Shown: piece by piece, positions 23,573-35,256 of the stretch
Layout: each line of letters begins with the position of its first letter
How positions within the stretch are numbered: position 1 is the stretch's first letter
Assembly: GCA_963785235.1 (NCBI GenBank)
Contig: CAWAUM010000005.1
Location: 480,001 to 544,000 of the forward strand
Reading direction: 5' to 3'
Origin: an uncultured delta proteobacterium
Lineage (GTDB): Bacteria; Desulfobacterota; Desulfomonilia; UBA1062
DNA length: 64,000 nt
The notes under the pieces: model-generated
What the model was told of the DNA's origin: nothing
What the model saw: the letters and a program-made list of their open reading frames with translations, nothing else
Database searches by the model: none
Translations under genes and position numbers: made by a program

Positions 23573-23738
23573 GTTTTAAACCAGATTTTGCTTCTAAGTT
23601 AAGTTAAAAAACCTGATCCGTTCAAAACCTATTTTAAAAACGATACAGCAGTCGCTATGAGTTTCATGCTTAAGGCATCCCAATGAGCATGCAGCTATTG
23701 TGGGTACATTAAATTGCAGATCTGGGTATAAAACGACA

Positions 23739-24506
23739 TTAAATCTTTGCGGCCAGTACTGCTGCCCCAATGGCACCGTTAACCTGCGCAAGGTCGTTCA
23801 CCTCAATATGCAAACCGAATTTTTTCTCAAGGGCCTTTACCACGCCGATGTTCTTGGCTACTCCACCGGTCATCATGATGGGTGGTTCTGCCTTTACCCG
23901 CTGCGTCATGGCAAAAACACGTGAAGCCACTGATTCGTGTATGCCTGCAATGATGTTGTCTCTCGTTTCTCCTTTTGAAATCAGAGAGATAACCTCCGAT
24001 TCGGCAAATACCGTGCATATGCTGCTGATGCGTGCAGGATTAATAGCCTTTAAAGATAAGGCACCGAAATCATCCAGGTTTACCTCCAGTGCCCTTGCCA
24101 TTACTTCCAGAAAACGGCCGGTGCCTGCCGCACACTTGTCGTTCATGACAAAATCTTTCACCATGCCTGATGTATCCACGACAAGGGCTTTGCTGTCCTG
24201 GCCACCAACATCTATTACGGTCCTGATATTGTCCTGAAGAAAATGAGCCCCTGCTCCGTGGCAGATGATCTCAGTCATGGCCTTGTCTGCAAAGGGCACA
24301 CTGTTTCTCCCATAGCCTGTGGAGATAATCTTTTGGATGGAAGATTCCTCTATGTGAAAATCAGAAAGCAACTCTTCAAACACTCTTCTGGCAGCAACTT
24401 CAACATTGTAACCGGTAAAAATCACCCTAGTTCCAATGATGCGTCCGTCATCAATGAGTGCTGCCTTGGTGGTGATGGATCCGATATCTATCCCTGCTGT
24501 TATCAT
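23739..24506 (-). CDS. 2-hydroxyacyl-CoA dehydratase activator (HgdC/BcrAD family ATPase, 4Fe-4S)
   Basis: GIDIGSITTK, STGYGR, EIICH, DVGGQDSK, MNDKCAAGTGRFLE, CTVFAESEV, GGVAKN. Confidence 0.93.
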   Translation of the reverse strand: MITAGIDIGSITTKAALIDDGRIIGTRVIFTGYNVEVAARRVFEELLSDFHIEESSIQKIISTGYGRNSVPFADKAMTEIICHGAGAHFLQDNIRTVIDVGGQDSKALVVDTSGMVKDFVMNDKCAAGTGRFLEVMARALEVNLDDFGALSLKAINPARISSICTVFAESEVISLISKGETRDNIIAGIHESVASRVFAMTQRVKAEPPIMMTGGVAKNIGVVKALEKKFGLHIEVNDLAQVNGAIGAAVLAAKI

Positions 24507-24523
24507 TAAGCTAAATGTCCTTT

Positions 24524-25288
24524 TTAAATTGCAGTAGCTCCACCATCCACGAGCAAGGTCTGGCCGGTGATAAAATCAGCGGCATCGGAGGCGAGAAACA
24601 GCACAGGGTGCACTACATCCATTGGCTCTGCTATGCGTCCCAAAGGTATGCCTTTTACGATCTGTTCATATATCATGTCATTGGACCAGAAGGGCTTGCT
24701 GAATTCGGTCCTGACCATGGAAGGCGCCACTGCATTCACCTGGATACCGAACTGGGCAAGTTCTGCAGCCAGGACCTTGGTGAGCATCTCGACGCCGGCC
24801 TTGGCGATCCCGTAAATTCCCATGGCAGGCGAAGCCCTTCTGCCTGCGATTGATGATATATTCACGATCTTGCCCTTCTTCTGTTCCTGCATGATTATTG
24901 CTGCCTTCCTGGAACACAGGAACGTCCCGTTCAGGTTTGTATCCATGATTTTTTGCCACATGGCAAGCTCCGTGTCTGCAACTGAAGGGGTGAGAAGGTT
25001 CATGCCCACATTGTTAATAAGGGCATCGATTCGCGAGAATTTGGTGAGCACGGTGTTGAACATCTTCTCCACGTCATCTTCCTTGGCAATATGGGCGCTT
25101 GCTGTAATAACCCTGTCCTTGCCATTGATATTTGCAAGGGCAGAATCAAGGGTCTCTTGTTTCCTGCCGCAGATTGCAACCTTGGCCCCCTGGTTGACCA
25201 GCTCTTTGGCAATCTCCAGGCCGATGCCCCTGCTCCCGCCCGTAACCACAAAAACCCTGTCTTCAAGTCCATATCTGATTGCACCCAT
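24524..25288 (-). CDS. Short-chain dehydrogenase/reductase
   Basis: TGGSRGIG, NNVG, NISS, YGIAK catalytic motif, VNAVAP. Confidence 0.93.
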   Translation of the reverse strand: MGAIRYGLEDRVFVVTGGSRGIGLEIAKELVNQGAKVAICGRKQETLDSALANINGKDRVITASAHIAKEDDVEKMFNTVLTKFSRIDALINNVGMNLLTPSVADTELAMWQKIMDTNLNGTFLCSRKAAIIMQEQKKGKIVNISSIAGRRASPAMGIYGIAKAGVEMLTKVLAAELAQFGIQVNAVAPSMVRTEFSKPFWSNDMIYEQIVKGIPLGRIAEPMDVVHPVLFLASDAADFITGQTLLVDGGATAI

Positions 25289-25299
25289 CGTATCATCTC

Positions 25300-26535
25300 C
25301 TACCCTTTTTTCTGTTTGATGATTTCCATGAAGGCATCTATCCTTGTGGCAGTCTGACTCTCAGAAAAGCTCCGTTCATCCACCATGTGCGACTCGATCA
25401 TCATGCATGGTATTCCCTTTTGTTCCTGGATCATAGCGGCGATGTCGTACTGACCAAATGAATACGGTTTGCAGCTCCGGTTTGAATGCAACACCACGCC
25501 GTCTACCTGATACTTGTCTATCATCTCAAAGATGGTCTTTACCATCTCATCGATACCGATGTTGAGGTATATTCGCGTATAGGCCTCAGCCATGGAATCA
25601 AGAAAATTGTTCTCATCTATGTATTTCATGGATCCGCACCAGGCGGTTGTGTAGGTGTCTGCCACCAGGCATGCATCGTGAGAGGCGAAGGTATCCGAGA
25701 GCCACTTGAGGCGATACCAGACAGGCAGATTGTCCCACAGGAGGCGGTATCGCTCGTTGGGCAAGGCCCAGATCTCCTGCTGGATGCGCTCTTTCATCTC
25801 AGCAAGGAGCTCTTTGTAAAAGTCGATAACAATCTGTGTCCCGCGCAGGGTGACGATAAGGGCCAGGAAGAAAAAAGCATCAAAGGCCGTCATGGGAGCA
25901 GGCTGATGTGCCGCCGTATCGAGTACTTCTTGCCATAATCGCTGGCCTTCAATGGAAAGCCGACCGACTTCCTTGCTTTTTTCCATATCAAAGGGCTTGC
26001 CACATGCCTGTTCAAGAAATGCAATGTATTCGTCAATCTGCTTGCGCACGTAAGTCCTTGCTATATCGGGAAACTCGGTGTGGCAAAAAGGTGTATCGAA
26101 GATGAAGAGAGGTACATTGAAATAGCGGGCATGTACCTCATACCATTTTAGCACCGTACCACAGATATTGTTGCAGCAGATGAGCATGTCGGGTTTCGGC
26201 AAGCCTCCTATGGGCCCGCCGTTTTCGCGGGCGCAGGCTATATCGGCCCTTGCATAAGAGCACAGGTCAGTGCTGTAGCCCAGGGCCTCCGCCTTTTCAC
26301 AAAGGTCGGAGCCCATATGTGAGGCCCCTATCATTGCATCATAGTTCTCCGGGTAGACAGGGATCACATCCATGGCTATCAAAGGCTCAACAGGTCCTCC
26401 GCTGGTAATCCAGGCAACCTTTTTGCCTGTTTGCGAGGCTGATTTTGCATCAATGTAATACTCGGTCATAATCTCCCGCATTCTTGTGGCTGACCTGAAC
26501 TTCCTTTTCTTCTTATCTGTATCAGGGGTGCTCAT
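25300..26535 (-). CDS. 2-hydroxyacyl-CoA dehydratase / benzoyl-CoA reductase family subunit (HgdA/BzdO-like)
   Basis: YPENY, GYSTDLCSY, GGLPKPD, NNIC..VLKWYE, RLLWDNLP, DGVVLHSNRSCK. Confidence 0.88.
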   Translation of the reverse strand: MSTPDTDKKKRKFRSATRMREIMTEYYIDAKSASQTGKKVAWITSGGPVEPLIAMDVIPVYPENYDAMIGASHMGSDLCEKAEALGYSTDLCSYARADIACARENGGPIGGLPKPDMLICCNNICGTVLKWYEVHARYFNVPLFIFDTPFCHTEFPDIARTYVRKQIDEYIAFLEQACGKPFDMEKSKEVGRLSIEGQRLWQEVLDTAAHQPAPMTAFDAFFFLALIVTLRGTQIVIDFYKELLAEMKERIQQEIWALPNERYRLLWDNLPVWYRLKWLSDTFASHDACLVADTYTTAWCGSMKYIDENNFLDSMAEAYTRIYLNIGIDEMVKTIFEMIDKYQVDGVVLHSNRSCKPYSFGQYDIAAMIQEQKGIPCMMIESHMVDERSFSESQTATRIDAFMEIIKQKKG

Positions 26536-26585
26536 GGCATCTCCTTTCAATTTTGCTTTTGAGGCTTAAAACCGTTCCTGCATCA

Positions 26586-27701
26586 CTAGAGCATCTGGAC
26601 AAAGGTATCAAACCGTGTGAGCAGCTGACCCTCGGGTGGAAGCTGGCCTTCGATTTCAAGAAGCATGTTCGGCACGCCCTCCTTGTCCAGATATTCCTTC
26701 AGGTATGGATAGTCAAAGCTATGCGGATCGCAGAATTTGAGGAGAAGGAAGATAACACCATGGATATCGTGCTCATGGGCATACCTGACGAGGGTTTCCC
26801 CCCGTATGGTTATGGACGAATGCTTTGCAGGGCAGATAATCCTCTCAAAATATCTCTGGGCAAGTGCAGTTATAGGATCGCCGCTGGCGTTGATGGTCCC
26901 TTCAAAATAACGTGATCCAGTGCAGAGATCATCCCACACCACATCGGCCCCTGATCGATGGAGCAGTGAATATATGTCAGGCTGGTCACAGACACTGCCT
27001 ACGAGCATAATTCGCTTTCTCTCATGCGGTTTTGCCGGATTGATTGTCTTGAGCTTATGGATGAGTTCGCTGAGCATCCGTGCTGCCTGCTCACGATCTA
27101 GTATAACAGAGGCCCTCATGATCTTGTTCAGATCTTCACTGGAAAGGAGTGCAGGGTTTTCCGAATGCATCTCATACAGGGTTTTCATGGATGAGCGGAT
27201 AAGGTTGTATGTGCGTATCGAATCCCTTATTGCATCATCAGTAATGGTGATTGAAAATCCCTTTTCCAGGTCAGTCTTGAACTTTCTCAGGACATCGGCT
27301 AGGTACTGCCTGGAGCTGTCGGTAGTGAGCTTGACCGGGAGTACGACATCAGCAAAGAACCGAAAGGATGTATTCAATCTCCAGATGTCCGAGAGTCGCT
27401 GGATGGAGTCACAGGTATGAGGGAACACGGCCCCGTCAAGGTAAGACAATGTCCCTGTGAGACCGTCTGCCAGTGCCCCTCTTACTAAAGAACAGCAGTA
27501 GGCCTGGAGGTGTCTGTCAGCAATGCCGCTGTCCCCCATGCTCCCGAAGAGCCTCAAAGGATGAATGCCTGCAGCATGGATGATCTCTTCGGGAGTATAG
27601 GAACAGAAATACCCGAGGATCTTTTTTCCTGCAGCCTTCAGATCCCTTGCATAACCGTGGGGATCGGAAGATACACGGATATATTCCTGAGATAACTTCA
27701 T
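26586..27701 (-). CDS. 2-hydroxyacyl-CoA dehydratase / benzoyl-CoA reductase family subunit (HgdB/BzdN-like)
   Basis: CSYTPEEIIHAAG, CCSLV, HTCDS, DDLCTGSRY, CPAK, KFCDPH. Confidence 0.88.
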   Translation of the reverse strand: MKLSQEYIRVSSDPHGYARDLKAAGKKILGYFCSYTPEEIIHAAGIHPLRLFGSMGDSGIADRHLQAYCCSLVRGALADGLTGTLSYLDGAVFPHTCDSIQRLSDIWRLNTSFRFFADVVLPVKLTTDSSRQYLADVLRKFKTDLEKGFSITITDDAIRDSIRTYNLIRSSMKTLYEMHSENPALLSSEDLNKIMRASVILDREQAARMLSELIHKLKTINPAKPHERKRIMLVGSVCDQPDIYSLLHRSGADVVWDDLCTGSRYFEGTINASGDPITALAQRYFERIICPAKHSSITIRGETLVRYAHEHDIHGVIFLLLKFCDPHSFDYPYLKEYLDKEGVPNMLLEIEGQLPPEGQLLTRFDTFVQML

Positions 27702-27734
27702 GTGAACTCCTTCATCTTGATTAAGATGCAAACA

Positions 27735-27994
27735 TGACTGAATGCTCTCACAATACTTCTTCGACTTGTATATCTATAAACATTTACACCATAAACATTT
27801 ACACCCGAGGACTTGATCATACGCTTATGACACAACTAGAAAAAGAAGAATTCCTCTGCTACCATAGTATCGATCTCACTAGTGTACATTCAGGTCCGAC
27901 CGTCCCCATGCCTCTTCAAAACCCGAACAGTCTCTTTCGGCTGACCCAAGTATCCAAGCATAACGGCCGGACCTGACAAACAACTCTCGCTCAT
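27735..27994 (-). pseudogene. Decayed internal fragment of an AMP-dependent acyl-CoA ligase
   Basis: Manual translation CLSGPAVMLGYLGQPKETVRVLKRHGDGRT*MYTSEIDTM...FFF*LCHKRMIKSSGVNVYGVNVY, then QVEEVL*EH in another frame. In-frame stops and a 15-bp tandem duplication (27776-27805). Confidence 0.8.
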
Positions 27995-27999
27995 ACCTG

Positions 28000-28028
28000 T
28001 TGACACGCTTTGTCTGAAAAGCTATGTT
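28000..28028 (+). promoter_or_regulatory. sigma70-type promoter for the IclR gene
   Basis: TTGACA (28000-28005)-17 bp-TATGTT (28023-28028). Confidence 0.6.
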
Positions 28029-28044
28029 CGATAATGTCGAACAT
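28024..28044. promoter_or_regulatory. Palindromic operator, probably the IclR binding site
   Basis: ATGTTCGA-taatg-TCGAACAT, perfect 8-bp inverted repeat between the two opposite-strand promoters. Confidence 0.65.
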
Positions 28045-28051
28045 TGTACCG

Positions 28052-28080
28052 ATTATAGAGATTGCCGTCATGGGTGTCAA
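28052..28080 (-). promoter_or_regulatory. Consensus sigma70 promoter for the dehydratase operon
   Basis: Minus strand TTGACA (28075-28080)-17 bp-TATAAT (28052-28057), perfect consensus. Confidence 0.75.
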
Positions 28081-28175
28081 ATTAAAATAACATAATCGGA
28101 AAAATAAAAAGACACAGCGTAATCCATAACATGAATGCCAATACATTGAAATAAATCAGAATAGGAGTAAATGGC

Positions 28176-28940
28176 ATGAAGGAAAAACGTCTGATCCAAT
28201 CCATCAAGCGTGCCTCTGACATCCTGGCCCTGTTCATTGATGAAAAAAAGACTCTCGGCATAACCGAATTTTCAAGACTTCTCGGTCTGCCCAAGTCAAC
28301 CATAGCCACCATAGTTTCCACCCTGGAGGCAATCGGATATTTGGAGAAAGACCCGCTGACCAACAAATATCGCCTTGGCCCGCACATATTTCAGCTTGGA
28401 ATGAAATGCGCCACCAACATGGACCTTGTTAAAATCGGAAGATCATGGATGGAACGACTCTGCTTCCAATTCATGGAGCCGGTCAATGTGGGTATGCTCG
28501 TGGGAGATAAGGTCATGATCGTCATGCGTACCGAGCCGGAAAACCGCTACATGGTCTTTCCGCAGGCAGGCTCTGTCATTCCCGCACACTCCACATGCAT
28601 TGGCAAGGCGCTCTTTGCCTTCATGGACGCTGAAAAGCGTGATCTTCTCCTGGCCAACTACAGCTTCGAACCATGGACATCAAATACCATCACCTCCAAG
28701 CAGGACTTTTTGAAAGAGATTGAAAATGTCAAGGCTACAGGGGTCAGTTTTGACAACCAGGAAAACTTCAATGGCCTCGCCGGCATCGGCGGGCCGGTCT
28801 TCAACCACATGGGCATGGTCATCTCAGCGTTTGCCATAACGGGCAATCCTGAGAATATTTCAAAACGCCGGGATGAAATTATTGAAGCCGTAAGATATAC
28901 TTCTCAACAAGTCTCACTACAACTCGGATATACCCCGTGA
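28176..28940 (+). CDS. IclR family transcriptional regulator
   Basis: IQSIKRA, LGITEFSRLLGLPKST HTH, KYRLG, PAHSTCIGKA, GVSFDNQE. Confidence 0.94.
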   Translation: MKEKRLIQSIKRASDILALFIDEKKTLGITEFSRLLGLPKSTIATIVSTLEAIGYLEKDPLTNKYRLGPHIFQLGMKCATNMDLVKIGRSWMERLCFQFMEPVNVGMLVGDKVMIVMRTEPENRYMVFPQAGSVIPAHSTCIGKALFAFMDAEKRDLLLANYSFEPWTSNTITSKQDFLKEIENVKATGVSFDNQENFNGLAGIGGPVFNHMGMVISAFAITGNPENISKRRDEIIEAVRYTSQQVSLQLGYTP

Positions 28941-29076
28941 ACTATCATTTATATATCCATCATTTATTTATCCACACCTAAAAGTTATGTCAAAAACCAC
29001 ATTTCTTTATTCATGCTTTTCTCATAAACTGATAATATGAGCTAATCAATCAAGATGCTTAACAAGGGGGTTAAAC

Positions 29077-30312
29077 ATGAAGGCGATATCCGTTCCTTCG
29101 AGGCTCTGGTACGATAACACGGAGAGAGAGCTTACCTTCCCTGACAGGTGGGATGTGACCAACCTCACCTCTCCCGGTCTTAATAAACCCGGACTCACCC
29201 CTGAGCAGATTAAATTTAAGATAGAGAATCCTATTGAAGGAGCAACACTTGTCGAGCTTGCAAGGAACAAAAAGCAGGCAGTCATTGTCTTCGATGATAT
29301 GACCAGGCCTACCCCGGTCAAGGATGTTGCGCAGTTCGTTTTAGATATCCTTCACAGGGCAGGTATGAATCGAGACCAGATAAGATTTCTGTGGTCACTC
29401 GGAAGTCATGGGGCATATGATATGATAAATGCCCGCAAGAAGCTCGGTGAACATATTGTCGAGAATTATGCAGTCTATAATCATGACCCTTTTCAGAATA
29501 CGGTTCGTGTGGGCAGGACCCCAACGGGTGTAGAGGTCTGGTTCAACAGGGAATTCATGTCCTGTGACCTGAAGATCGGGATCGGCTGTATTACCCCTCA
29601 TGTCCATGTAGGATTCGGTGGCGGCGCCAAGATCATCATGCCTGGTGTTGCAGGCATTGAGACCATTAACCAGTTCCATAACCAGCTCTTCCGCGATCAA
29701 TCTCTTACAGGCCTTGGTAATTTTGAAAAGAATATCATGCGCGGTGAATGTGATGCTGCGGGCGATCTGGCAGGGCTCAATTTCAAGATCGACTGCCTCA
29801 TCAACCGCAAGGGCCAAATTACCAACCTTTATTCAGGACCTTTCAGAGCTACCCACGCAGCAGGGGCTGAAGAGGGTAAAGAGCATTATGGTATCCCCTT
29901 CTCCAATGGGTATGACATAGTAGTATGCAACTCTTATGCAAAGGCCAGCGAATCAGCCATTGCACTGCTTCTTTCTCTACAGACCATGAAACCCGGCCAG
30001 GGCACAGCAGTGCTCATCTCCGATGCCCCTGAGGGTCAAGTGCCTCACTATGTAATGAGGGCATGGGGATTAGACTACGGCGGACGGCACTACAACCACC
30101 GAGCTCCGGGTTTTGTGCAACTCCTTATGAAAAAACTCATTGTCCTTAATCCGTTTCCCGACAGGATGGGCCTTGATCTGGTCTGTCACCCGGATGATGC
30201 CAGAACAGTTAAAACATGGCAGGAAGTGCTAGCTATCCTTGAGCAGGATTACCCGAATGAGGCTAAGGTAGCTGTTATACAGGACGGCACCATGCAGTAC
30301 ATGAGACTGTAA
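29077..30312 (+). CDS. LarA-family (lactate racemase-like, nickel-pincer dependent) racemase/epimerase
   Basis: DDMTRPTP, LGSH, PHVHVGFGGGAKIIMPGVAG and NQFH motifs correspond to the LarA DxTRP, GxH, PHxxAGFSGGxK and NH motifs. Confidence 0.85.
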   Translation: MKAISVPSRLWYDNTERELTFPDRWDVTNLTSPGLNKPGLTPEQIKFKIENPIEGATLVELARNKKQAVIVFDDMTRPTPVKDVAQFVLDILHRAGMNRDQIRFLWSLGSHGAYDMINARKKLGEHIVENYAVYNHDPFQNTVRVGRTPTGVEVWFNREFMSCDLKIGIGCITPHVHVGFGGGAKIIMPGVAGIETINQFHNQLFRDQSLTGLGNFEKNIMRGECDAAGDLAGLNFKIDCLINRKGQITNLYSGPFRATHAAGAEEGKEHYGIPFSNGYDIVVCNSYAKASESAIALLLSLQTMKPGQGTAVLISDAPEGQVPHYVMRAWGLDYGGRHYNHRAPGFVQLLMKKLIVLNPFPDRMGLDLVCHPDDARTVKTWQEVLAILEQDYPNEAKVAVIQDGTMQYMRL

Positions 30313-30515
30313 ATCTGTTTCTATTCTTAAATAGGCAATCATGATCTCAGATTGCTGAGTTGATCAGCTGATATTATTCAAGCATTTTTTAAAAAAAATA
30401 TTTAGCATAAGAGATTTTCTCTCAAAAATTGCAAGCGTTCATAAATCTATCAATATATTGATTAGTTACATGTAGCTCAAGTCTATGCAACTACTGCTGA
30501 ACTATAAAAAAAGCC

Positions 30516-30571
30516 TTGACAGTGAAAAAGACCTATTGTACCTTTTCGTGGGCTGAATGATGATTCACTCA
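30516..30571 (+). promoter_or_regulatory. sigma70 promoter of hppA with a downstream TetR/FadR-like operator
   Basis: TTGACA (30516)-17 bp-TACCTT, then the near-palindrome TGAATGA-tgat-TCACTCA (30554-30571). Confidence 0.5.
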
Positions 30572-30753
30572 TGAAGGAATTGGGTTGGTTCGTAGGAGAG
30601 GGTAGTATCTATCAAAGCACAAACCAGTGCTGATGCAACATATTTCAGACAGGGATAATTTATAAGTTTAAAATTAAATTTGGAGCTAAGCTAGAAATGT
30701 GCCTGTTATAGGCACATATTCGATGTAGTGACCAATAAACAAGGAGATGAGAC

Positions 30754-33196
<2,443 letters not shown>

Positions 33197-33222
33197 TAAG
33201 AAGTAAATAAAAAAGAAACTCT

Positions 33223-33263
33223 AGGCGCCACCCCATCACAATTGATGGGGTGGCGTTTTATTT
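33223..33263 (+). terminator. Rho-independent terminator after hppA
   Basis: gcgccaccccatca-caat-tgatggggtggcgt followed by tttattt. Confidence 0.85.
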
Positions 33264-33351
33264 TCATAATTTCTATTTTTTCCCCCTTTTCAAAATATGT
33301 TGTTGCCATTATAGGTGTCTAGACTGAATCATAAAGATGTAAGGGAATATT

Positions 33352-35196
33352 ATGAGGAAGTGGAAAGAAAAAGTTGTTACCCCATCTGATGTCATGGAAA
33401 AGATCGAACCCGGCATGAAGATCTTTCTTGGCACAGGGGCTGCTGAACCCAGGACCCTTGTCAAACACCTCATGAACTCTGATCTGTCAAACTTACAAGA
33501 CCTTGAGCTGATCCAACTCGTGTGCCTTGGTGATCTCATTACCATGAAGGAGTTGCAGACCCAGAAGTTCAGACTGAAGACCTTTTTCTCCGGATGGGCA
33601 GCGAGCGGTGCCATAACTGAGGGGCATGTTGACCTAATCCCAAGCCGGTTTACCCGTATTCCAGCGCTTATCGAATCAGGCCAACTCCCTATTAATGCCG
33701 TTTTTATCCAAGTGACACCACCTAATGAGGCCGGATATGTCAGTCTCGGCGTATCAGTTGATGTGGCAAGACAGGCCATTGAACGCGCAGAACTGGTGGT
33801 TGGAGAGATCAATACCAAAGTTCCCTATACCTTTGGTGATACATTTATCTCTGTGAGTGAATTTGATTTTCTCATAAACTCAGAGGATGACCCCCTGTAT
33901 TTTGCCAGATGGCCTGTTGATGATATATTTGATCAGGTAGCCTTAAATATAGCCTCAGTTGTTGAAGACGGCAGCTGCATTTCATTTTCCATTGGTCCTA
34001 TTTATGAGGCCTTGGGCAAGCATCTTGTGCATAAAAAGAACTTGGGAATCCATTCCCCTTTCATTACAGATGCCCTTATGGAACTGATAGACAGCGGAGC
34101 AGTGACAAACAGAAACAAAGGTATCTATAGGGGAAAATCCCTTGTCTCATATGCCTTTGGCACAAAAAATCTCATGCACTGGCTTGACAAGAACCCACTG
34201 GTTGAATTCCAGGGTATAGATCTCGTCTTCAATCCGGTCCAGATAGGCCAGAATCCGCGTTTTATGTCCATAATACCGGCCCGGAAAGTTGATATTTCCG
34301 GGCGTATTGCACTTCATACCGGAAAGGGTGCTGTTGCCACCACCCCGGGTGAGGCCATGGATTTTATCAATGGAGCAGAGCTTTCCAAGGGAGGCTGTGT
34401 AATCTTTGCCCTTCCTAGCAGGAATCTCAAGGGTAGTCCTAATATTCTCCTCTCCGTTGAAGAACTCCCCAACCTTCTCGGATTCAGAGAATCCGTGGAC
34501 ATGGTGATTACTGAATACGGAGTAGCCAACCTGAGGGGGAGAACCGTTCGCGAGCGGGCCCAGGCCCTCATTGATGTGGCACACCCGGACGACAGGGAAC
34601 GCCTTGTAGAGGAAGGGAAGAATAAAAATATTCTCTACCCCGACCAGATCTTCCTACCTCAATGCACAACCTTGTACCCTGCCGATATAACAGCAAGACA
34701 TAAATTCAAAGGTGGTATAGAAATAAGATTCCGCCACATCAAACCTTCTGATGAAGAAGAGATGCGCCGCCTCTTCTATCGTTTTTCCGATCAGACTGTT
34801 TATTATCGCTACTTCAGTCCCATAAAAACCATGCCCCATGCAAAGATGCAGCAGTACGTAAATGTTGACTGTAACCGCATATTGTCTATCGTAGCCCTGA
34901 TAGGCCCTCTGGATCAGGAGCACATTATTGCAGAGGCACGTTTTGTCAAAGACAGAAACCGGCCTTATGGTGATGTCGCCTTTGTCGTGGATGAAGAGTA
35001 TCAAGGCCTTGGGATTGCATCATATCTGTTTGAAATGCTCATACGGCTTGCCAAGGAACGTGGACTTCAGGGATTTATAGCTGACGTGCTAGCCTCGAAC
35101 AAGTCCATGTTAAAGGTCTTCGAAAAATCAGGCCTCCCGGTGAAGTCAAGTCTGTCAAGCGGGGCATATGAGATCACCATGCCTTTTAATGAATAG
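33352..35196 (+). CDS. Acetyl-CoA hydrolase/transferase-like domain fused to a Pat-like GNAT
   Basis: GAAEP, TPPNEAGYVSLG, VITEYGVANL, LIDVAHPDDR; GNAT FRHIKPSDE...VAFVVDEEYQGLG. Paralog of 9487-11433. Confidence 0.88.
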   Translation: MRKWKEKVVTPSDVMEKIEPGMKIFLGTGAAEPRTLVKHLMNSDLSNLQDLELIQLVCLGDLITMKELQTQKFRLKTFFSGWAASGAITEGHVDLIPSRFTRIPALIESGQLPINAVFIQVTPPNEAGYVSLGVSVDVARQAIERAELVVGEINTKVPYTFGDTFISVSEFDFLINSEDDPLYFARWPVDDIFDQVALNIASVVEDGSCISFSIGPIYEALGKHLVHKKNLGIHSPFITDALMELIDSGAVTNRNKGIYRGKSLVSYAFGTKNLMHWLDKNPLVEFQGIDLVFNPVQIGQNPRFMSIIPARKVDISGRIALHTGKGAVATTPGEAMDFINGAELSKGGCVIFALPSRNLKGSPNILLSVEELPNLLGFRESVDMVITEYGVANLRGRTVRERAQALIDVAHPDDRERLVEEGKNKNILYPDQIFLPQCTTLYPADITARHKFKGGIEIRFRHIKPSDEEEMRRLFYRFSDQTVYYRYFSPIKTMPHAKMQQYVNVDCNRILSIVALIGPLDQEHIIAEARFVKDRNRPYGDVAFVVDEEYQGLGIASYLFEMLIRLAKERGLQGFIADVLASNKSMLKVFEKSGLPVKSSLSSGAYEITMPFNE

Positions 35197-35256
35197 TGGT
35201 GAGTTGGGCGAGAAGATAAGATCTATTACTCAAACTCACTCTACCAACCTTCACTT

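Noticed and set aside
27776-27805. 15-bp tandem repeat as a regulatory site or CRISPR-like repeat
   Set aside because: Only two adjacent copies with no spacer; it duplicates the GVNVY codons of the ligase pseudogene.
28968-28976. Perfect DnaA box TTATCCACA between iclR and larA
   Set aside because: Single isolated box; insufficient evidence for an origin or for regulation.
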